Source of the DNA: Opitutales bacterium
Lineage (GTDB): Bacteria > Verrucomicrobiota > Verrucomicrobiia > Opitutales > PNEW01
DNA: 64,000 nt
NCBI GenBank assembly: GCA_963692525.1
Contig: OY829953.1
Coordinates: 2,628,720-2,692,719 of the forward strand
Direction of reading: 5' to 3'
Shown: one piece after another, positions 58,478-64,000 of the stretch
How positions within the stretch are numbered: the first letter of the stretch is position 1
How the letters are laid out: each line of letters begins with the position of its first letter
Notes under the pieces: generated by a model
Databases searched by the model: none
What the model was told of the DNA's origin: nothing
The model's input: only the letters and a program-made list of their open reading frames with translations
Program-made: the position numbers and the translations under genes

Positions 58478-59323
58478 TTAATTATTAGTTAGTTCATCAC
58501 TCAAATGCGAGGCTATGCGCGCAACGTTCGGGCTGGGGTCCCTTTTAAATGTGCTTGCTCTACCGGTGAAATCCTGCGGATCAATTCTGTGTAAGGCCCA
58601 GACTGCAGTTTCTCTAATCAACCATTCCGGCGAAGAGAGAGCATTAAGGACAGTGTCGGATAAGTTTTTATCGCCGCTTTTTCCCACCGCGTACAACGCA
58701 CAGGTCTGTGTCCAGGGAGAGATAACCGAGTGATCACTAAGGATAATTTCCTTCAGGCGTTCATCGTGGCTCATTTGTTTCTGAGGAAATCCATCTTTCA
58801 GCGCGCCCAGGCATTTCGCTGGCTCCGCGTGTTCGAGCAGGAAAATCAGCCAGTCCTTCAACTGTCGCGGTAGAAGGAGATCGACAATTTCCAGAGCGAT
58901 GGCCCTTTGGTTGGAGGATTGACTGTTAATATTATCGCGCGCACGAAGAATATTCTGCGCGGGATAGATGAAAGATAAAAGATCGAAGATCCTTTCCAGA
59001 ATTTTAGAAATATCCAAACTGATCGCTTTCTTCAGCGGAGCAGAATCCGCGCCCTCATCAATATCAAGAAGCGCGGCATTGAGCCAGGCGGCTGATGCGA
59101 GCTCTTTTAATAATTGATTATTAGCGGCGTCGATATCCTCATTGTTATCAGCATGGTATTCTTTTTTTTCCAGGGCAGTGAGGACAGAGCAGCGAATATC
59201 CGCGTCCGGAAAATTTATCCGCGATTGCAAAAAGGTCTTGGATTTTTCACCCGGTATGCGCGCGCAGATCTCCACAATTCTTAAGCGGGAACTGCGTTCA
59301 TACTTAGTAAAGGCTGTTTCCAT
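58478..59323 (-). CDS. HEAT-repeat protein; probably the C-terminal part of the 59401-61314 gene (see frameshift finding)
   Basis: 281 aa with HEAT/armadillo-like helices (...SPEWLIRETAVWALHRIDP). Its frame stays open upstream to 59432 with no ATG/GTG/TTG. Confidence 0.7.
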   Translation of the reverse strand: METAFTKYERSSRLRIVEICARIPGEKSKTFLQSRINFPDADIRCSVLTALEKKEYHADNNEDIDAANNQLLKELASAAWLNAALLDIDEGADSAPLKKAISLDISKILERIFDLLSFIYPAQNILRARDNINSQSSNQRAIALEIVDLLLPRQLKDWLIFLLEHAEPAKCLGALKDGFPQKQMSHDERLKEIILSDHSVISPWTQTCALYAVGKSGDKNLSDTVLNALSSPEWLIRETAVWALHRIDPQDFTGRASTFKRDPSPNVARIASHLSDELTNN

Positions 59324-59400
59324 TACTGGCAGTGTGGTATCGCCGCCGGCAATAAGAGCTGACTTGGCAGCTCCACTCGTAGTCGACTCGGAGAGGTTGT

Positions 59401-61314
59401 TTAATACCGCAGGCCATAAGGCTGGGTTTTTAATTTACCGGCAGCGGTGAGCGCCTCCCGCTTTACTTCCAGCTCCGGGTCAATGAGGAGCTTAAGAAGC
59501 GGGCGGTAAAAGCTTCGGGTATGCACTTCGCCCAGGACTTCTGCCGCGAATGCACGTTCCGCTGCATTTTCTGAATTTTGAAATTTAATCAGGTGTTCCC
59601 CTGCCGCGAGAACACCCTCGATTCCGCAGTGGCGTAAAAGTCCAACCATTGCACCCATCCGCACTTCACGGTTATTGTCCGTGAGGAAGGGGACAACATC
59701 TTCGAAGACATCAGATCCCCCTATCGCACTCAGCGTGCGACAGGCGCGGCCCTTTACTTCAGGCACCTTTTCTTTTTGAAGAAAGGTTTGAATAACTTCG
59801 GGAGATACCTCCGTTTCCGTTCGCTCTATTTTCTCCAGTGCGGCAAGCCGCACTTCTGGTACGGGATGTGAGAGCAGTTCAACTAAAACCGTATTTAGAG
59901 ATTCATGATTCAAATCCGCTAAGACGTTTAGCGCGTAAATTACCCTGCCGGGCACTGCACTTTGCAGGTTGGTTTGCAAAACCTCCAAGGTTGATGAATC
60001 TTCCAGTGACAGATAAGGGATTTCACCAAGAGCGCGTTTCGTCAGTGCCTTATCGAGGACAACGGGGTATTCTTTTCGCAAAAGCAGGGTTATCACTATC
60101 CACACGGCGAGAACAATGATCATCACGATGGTGATATGGACCATTTCAAAATGAAACACGTCGGTGAAGAGCAATAAGGAGGCGCCGGCAATAACCGTGA
60201 ATACGGGCATGACGATGCTATCGTTCAAAGCCTGGGCGCTGATGCGTTGGTGAACCGGCAAGGGCAGATACAGCGTGGCCATGGAGGGTGAGGTGAATCC
60301 AGCCATGAGACTTAAGTAAATGATCCTATTAATGACTGCTACGGTGAAGACGAAGATCAATGCTCCTGGGAGGAAGGTGCCGATGATAAGGACGATGCTC
60401 CCGACTATTAATACGGCAGGCATAACAATGAGGCCACCCGTCAAGCCATAACGAGTCAGCACCCTGCCAGAAATGAAAGTAACGCAAAATAGAGAAACCA
60501 CACGACCCACGGAAAAGAAGATAGCGAAATAGGAAGCCATCTCATCTTTATCCGGAAACTTCATCTTCATTTGTTCGCTGAAAATATAATTAAGGAAATA
60601 AAAGATAAAAATCATCATTATCGAGACGGCAAAAATTAAACGGAGGTACTTGCTTTTGAGCAGTTCAATCGTGGCAGATTTTTCCGCCGCCTTATCGGTT
60701 GTTTTGTCAGCTTCAGAAAAACGATCGGGGAAGGCTTTGAAAATATAGAGTAAAATAGCCAGCATGAGAGCAAAACTAAGGGCCGTGAAAATAAGCAGAT
60801 TTTCTGTTCCCCCGCTGATCTTAACGAGCACAGGTACCGCGAAGCCGCCGGCAATGGCTGAGATTAGCCCCCCCGCAGAGATCAAACCAAACAAGCGCTT
60901 GCCCTGGCGGAGATTAAAGAGCAATCCTTGTACCGGCATAAATACGAAGCCGTTTAAAACTAAAATGGAGTTTAACGCTATAAAAAGAGCGGCAATCGGC
61001 CATTTCCCGGGCAATTCAAAGAGCAGGCGAAACAGTACGATCGTGACAAACAAGAGGGTGAGATTCCCGACAAAGAGCTGACGCAGGGAAACATGCTTCT
61101 GAATTTTTGTATAGAGCACCCCAACGAGGGCTCCGAATATTCCTGACCCGATATAGGCGTGAGGCAAGTAATGGGTACCGTATGCATCCAGAAAGAGAAC
61201 GTTGGCTGCGGTATTGAGAAAGATCTGTGCCAGGCCCATAAAAATGCTGCTTATTAAAAGCACCGTTACGGGCTTACCTTCACCCGGTTCCAGTTTTATA
61301 GGGGACCATGCCAT
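59401..61314 (-). CDS. TLC/MFS-like (Npt1/Npt2-type) transporter fused to HEAT repeats; reading frame broken near the 3' end
   Basis: 637 aa, about 12 TM helices. The QGKRLFGLISAGGLISAIAGG motif resembles ATP/ADP-translocase-like carriers. The C-terminal third carries HEAT repeats (HPVPEVRLAALEKI, DNNREVRMGAMVGLL, AAERAFAAEVLG). Confidence 0.75.
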   Translation of the reverse strand: MAWSPIKLEPGEGKPVTVLLISSIFMGLAQIFLNTAANVLFLDAYGTHYLPHAYIGSGIFGALVGVLYTKIQKHVSLRQLFVGNLTLLFVTIVLFRLLFELPGKWPIAALFIALNSILVLNGFVFMPVQGLLFNLRQGKRLFGLISAGGLISAIAGGFAVPVLVKISGGTENLLIFTALSFALMLAILLYIFKAFPDRFSEADKTTDKAAEKSATIELLKSKYLRLIFAVSIMMIFIFYFLNYIFSEQMKMKFPDKDEMASYFAIFFSVGRVVSLFCVTFISGRVLTRYGLTGGLIVMPAVLIVGSIVLIIGTFLPGALIFVFTVAVINRIIYLSLMAGFTSPSMATLYLPLPVHQRISAQALNDSIVMPVFTVIAGASLLLFTDVFHFEMVHITIVMIIVLAVWIVITLLLRKEYPVVLDKALTKRALGEIPYLSLEDSSTLEVLQTNLQSAVPGRVIYALNVLADLNHESLNTVLVELLSHPVPEVRLAALEKIERTETEVSPEVIQTFLQKEKVPEVKGRACRTLSAIGGSDVFEDVVPFLTDNNREVRMGAMVGLLRHCGIEGVLAAGEHLIKFQNSENAAERAFAAEVLGEVHTRSFYRPLLKLLIDPELEVKREALTAAGKLKTQPYGLRY

Positions 61315-61347
61315 TGCCGATTGCCGATTTGCGATTGCCGATTGTTA
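61313..61347. repeat. Heptamer array ATTGCCG-ATTGCCG-ATTTGCG-ATTGCCG-ATTGTTA, overlapping the transporter start codon
   Basis: Read directly. On the coding strand it is CAATCGG-CAATCGC-AAATCGG-CAATCGG-CAATGG, with the ATG inside the last unit. Confidence 0.9.
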
Positions 61348-61512
61348 ATAGTTGGGTTGTTCATCCGTCGCACGAGGCTATGGACGACAGGCGGACTACG
61401 TCTTCGGTAGCCGATTTGGCCTAACGATTATCGATTTGTATATATTGTGTCTCTTTCTTCCAACTCTTTTTCAATTAAATTTTATATCTTGTGCTTTATG
61501 AACCTCTCTTAT

Positions 61513-61573
61513 CAATCGGCAATCGAAAATCGCTACCGAGGGCTATGCCCGACATCTGTCAATCGAAAATCGT
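61513..61573. repeat. CAATCGG-CAATCGA-AAATCGC heptamers + CTACCGAGGGCTATGCCCGACATC module + CAATCGA-AAATCGT heptamers, abutting the cyclase-2 stop
   Basis: Read directly. An inverted counterpart lies at 63583-63621. Confidence 0.85.
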
Positions 61574-63570
61574 CACAGTCCCACCTTTTGCATAAGCGCG
61601 ATGAAACGGGGTTCTGATTGAAGGAAATCAAATATTGGATCGTACTTAACAATTTGGAGATACTCATATTTCTCTTCTTTGTCGTACCGTTCGAGCAGTT
61701 CTAAGGTCTGTTCCTTATGGCCTAAAAATGCGTAGAAATAACAGGGAAACACAGATTCCAATTCTGGTGGATAAGCTACGGGCTCACCCGTTCGAACATG
61801 CTCTTCGACGAGCGAAACATAAAGCTTCACCGCTTCTTTATCCTTATCGGTAAGTTCAGCCCAGCGATTCAATGCGTGTGTGGCATCCTCAAATTTTTCT
61901 TTATGAAAAAACGTAGTTCCCATGTATTCCCATGCAAACGGGATGTTAGAGTCCAGCGCCAACGTTCTTTCAAACTGTTGAATGGCTGTGTCATACTGCC
62001 GCGCATAATAATGCATTAAACCAAGATGATGGTTGTAGAGGAGTAAAAAGGGCTCCAGCTCCAAAGCTTTTCTTCCCTCTGCCAGTGCCTCTTCCAATCG
62101 GCCTGTGAGCATAAGAAGGAACGAATATCTATAATGCGCCGGCGCATACTTTGGATTGAGTTCGATCGCGCGTCGATACTCCCTTTCGGCGCCGGTATAG
62201 TCAAAGTGGAAAGACTCCCTGGTAAATCCTAAAGAAGTATGGGCCTCGGCAAGGTTTGGATCGATTGCCAGTGCTTTCTTTGTCGCCTCTATAGCACGTG
62301 CTTTAATATCGACTCTATTGCTATCAGGGATATAGGCAGGGAGAACAAGATAAACATCCGCAAGACCAGAGTAAGCCAGAGCGTAGTTGGGATCGAAGGT
62401 AATGGCCTTCTCGAAGTGTTCAATCGCGGTCATTAATCCTTCCACGGTCCGCTTCGACCAATGGTAACGACCTAAAAGGTAATGATCGTAGGCTTCGATG
62501 ATTATAGTCGAGGGCTTAAAGAGAAGAGCGCCACCCTCACCCAGGATCTCAATCCGAAGCGCTTGCGCTATTGCATGTGAGATTTCATCCTGGATGGCGA
62601 AGATGTCCTTTAGCTCCCGATCGTAGGTTTCGGACCAAAGATGAAAGCCATCGTCAACATTGATAAGCTGGGCTGCAATCCGGATGGTGTTTCCCGCTTT
62701 TCGCACGCTCCCTGCGAGCACGGTAGCAACATTGAGTTGCTCGCCAATCGTGGAAATTCCTGAATCTTTGAATCTGAATGAGGAAGTTCGCGAGGCAACA
62801 CGGAGGTCCGCAACCCTTGTTAACGCGGTTATGATTTCCTCCGTTATTCCGTCGCTGAAGTATTCCTGATTTTTTTCCGGACTCATGTTGAGGAAAGGAA
62901 GGACGGCGATGGAGGGTTTCTCCGTTTGGGGCAAGGATTTCGATTGCTCGAAAACCTGGAGCCAAACATTTATAGCGATTGCCGACACAACTAACACAAC
63001 GGCAGCTATCCATGCCCTCCGCTTTGAGGGTTTATTTTTCTGCGGAGACGTTTTCTCCACGTCCCAACGTACCGCGAAAACTCGCACGGGCTCGGCAATA
63101 TTTTTAACGGTGTGTTCACCACGGTTTTCAAAGGTATAGGAAAGCTTGTTCGCCACCTGGTCGTAGACGGTGCCTGAGACACAGATACCACCCCCCTCGG
63201 CGAGACTTTCCACCCGCGCCGCCACGTTGACTCCGTCGCCGTAAATCCGTTCGCCGTCTACGATCACATCACCGAGATTAATGCCGATACGGTAGTTCAT
63301 CCGGCGGTCTTCGGAGAGACTAGCATTGCGGGCTCGTAACTCTCCCTGTATCACAACAGCACAGCGGACCGCGTTTACCGCGCTCGTAAATTCAGCGAGA
63401 AGATTATCACCGGGATAATCCACCACCCGACCCTGATGTTCCTCAATCAACCTACTCATCGCTTCCCGATAGGTGCTAAGAGTTTTCACCGTCGCCTCCT
63501 CATCATCTCCCATGAGACGACTGTAACCCTCCACGTCAGCGCTGAGAATAGCCGTTAGCTTGCGTTCCAT
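61573..63570 (-). CDS. Class III nucleotidyl cyclase - TM - TolB-N-like - TPR protein (paralogue 2)
   Basis: 665 aa, collinear with 51430-53448. Same motifs (SADVEGYS, PGDNLLAEF, YGDGVNVAARVES, PSIAVLPFLNMSPEKNQEYF) and TPR repeats. Confidence 0.88.
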   Translation of the reverse strand: MERKLTAILSADVEGYSRLMGDDEEATVKTLSTYREAMSRLIEEHQGRVVDYPGDNLLAEFTSAVNAVRCAVVIQGELRARNASLSEDRRMNYRIGINLGDVIVDGERIYGDGVNVAARVESLAEGGGICVSGTVYDQVANKLSYTFENRGEHTVKNIAEPVRVFAVRWDVEKTSPQKNKPSKRRAWIAAVVLVVSAIAINVWLQVFEQSKSLPQTEKPSIAVLPFLNMSPEKNQEYFSDGITEEIITALTRVADLRVASRTSSFRFKDSGISTIGEQLNVATVLAGSVRKAGNTIRIAAQLINVDDGFHLWSETYDRELKDIFAIQDEISHAIAQALRIEILGEGGALLFKPSTIIIEAYDHYLLGRYHWSKRTVEGLMTAIEHFEKAITFDPNYALAYSGLADVYLVLPAYIPDSNRVDIKARAIEATKKALAIDPNLAEAHTSLGFTRESFHFDYTGAEREYRRAIELNPKYAPAHYRYSFLLMLTGRLEEALAEGRKALELEPFLLLYNHHLGLMHYYARQYDTAIQQFERTLALDSNIPFAWEYMGTTFFHKEKFEDATHALNRWAELTDKDKEAVKLYVSLVEEHVRTGEPVAYPPELESVFPCYFYAFLGHKEQTLELLERYDKEEKYEYLQIVKYDPIFDFLQSEPRFIALMQKVGL

Positions 63571-63582
63571 ATTCGATTTGGA

Positions 63583-63621
63583 GGATGTCGGGCTTCGCCC
63601 TCGGTAGCGATTGCCGATTGA
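63583..63621. repeat. GATGTCGGGCTTCGCCCTCGGTAG + CGATTGC-CGATTGA (inverted counterpart of 61513-61556)
   Basis: The reverse complement CTACCGAGGGCGAAGCCCGACATC matches 61533-61556 except for the central 3-4 nt. Both are preceded by heptamers of the same type. Confidence 0.8.
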
Positions 63622-63631
63622 GGAAAGAATA

Positions 63632-63660
63632 AACCACGAATGAACACGAATACAATATAA
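63632..63660 (-). repeat. Second copy of the 29-bp block, 61 nt upstream of the cyclase-2 start
   Basis: Identical to 57502-57530. Confidence 0.85.
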
Positions 63661-63891
63661 AGATAGGAATGATTGACCACAAGTTGCACAAGATACACAA
63701 GAAAAGTCTTAAAGGAAGAGCGGAAAGAACCCACCGTCGTTCTATCGAACTATGGTGTGGCAAGCGGAAAGATTGAACTGTAGAGGAGCAGGGGTCACAG
63801 AGAAAGAGAATAAAAGTTGGCCACTACCGAGCTGAAGGCGACATCTTCCAAAGACAAAAATAAGATTTATAAAAAATAACGAAATACTATC

Positions 63892-64000
63892 AGTTGAGAC
63901 ACGTTGCTTACTCGCAATAGCTCAGCTATAGCTGAGTGACGGATATTCCCTATGCGTTTTTTTAAATTAAAATTTAAATAAAGCGGCTGGATTTATCCGT
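63892..64000. repeat. Long-hairpin element, family H1, copy 3 (diverged, truncated by the window end)
   Basis: AGTTGAGACACGTTGCTTACTCGCAATAGCTCAGCTATAGCTGAGT...TTCCCT...GTTTTTTTAAATT is collinear with copies 1 and 2. Confidence 0.65.

Noticed and set aside
63536-63763. 75-aa ORF overlapping the 5' end of cyclase 2 and its upstream region
   Set aside because: It runs through the 29-bp block and word repeats (…CILCNLWS…). It overlaps the well-supported cyclase start, so it is not credible.

Overview
This is a mostly housekeeping chromosomal segment: about 50 protein genes, 2 tRNAs, and no rRNA, CRISPR array, transposase or prophage that I can see. The source looks like a low-to-moderate GC marine PVC-type heterotroph (Lentisphaerae/Verrucomicrobia-like). 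That is a weak inference from the sulfatase plus sulfotransferase, Sel1/TPR proteins, FabV, DciA/DUF721 and Shine-Dalgarno-poor starts.

Recognisable genes: hisI, prfB (classical +1 frameshift site intact), surE, pnp-rpsO, an LPS-core-like GT2/GT9/FkbM cluster, sppA, sufT, a XerC/D-type recombinase, sucCD, uvrB, fabV, exbBD, leuCD, a Cys/Met PLP enzyme, gltX, an RluA-family synthase, hpf and ppk1.

Worth a second look:
1. 51.4-63.6 kb is an all-minus-strand cyclic-nucleotide neighbourhood. Two paralogous class III cyclase-TM-TPR proteins bracket a TLC/MFS-HEAT transporter (split by a 1-nt homopolymer frameshift), a stand-alone cNMP-binding protein, an HD phosphohydrolase fused to a DUF5706/PycTM-like membrane module, and ppk1. 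This is my best candidate for an undescribed system, but the link is inferential.
2. Intergenic DNA from about 43.7 kb onward (and a few earlier spacers) is a mosaic of short recombining sequence modules. These include two families of long-hairpin elements, GATTG-type heptamer arrays that abut start and stop codons, GTGAAWA heptamer arrays (one preceded by a G21 tract), a MITE-like unit, and inverted copies that flank the cyclase and ppk1/HD genes.
3. 2.6-7.6 kb holds a tandem pair of about 740-aa secreted paralogues with diverged N-terminal halves and strongly conserved C-terminal halves.
4. Two genes are broken by frameshifts, and each would be repaired by adding one A to an A-run. This suggests homopolymer under-calling in the assembly.

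Limits: everything is by eye. No similarity search, folding or statistics were run, identities are estimates, and coordinates of non-CDS features may be off by 1-2 nt.
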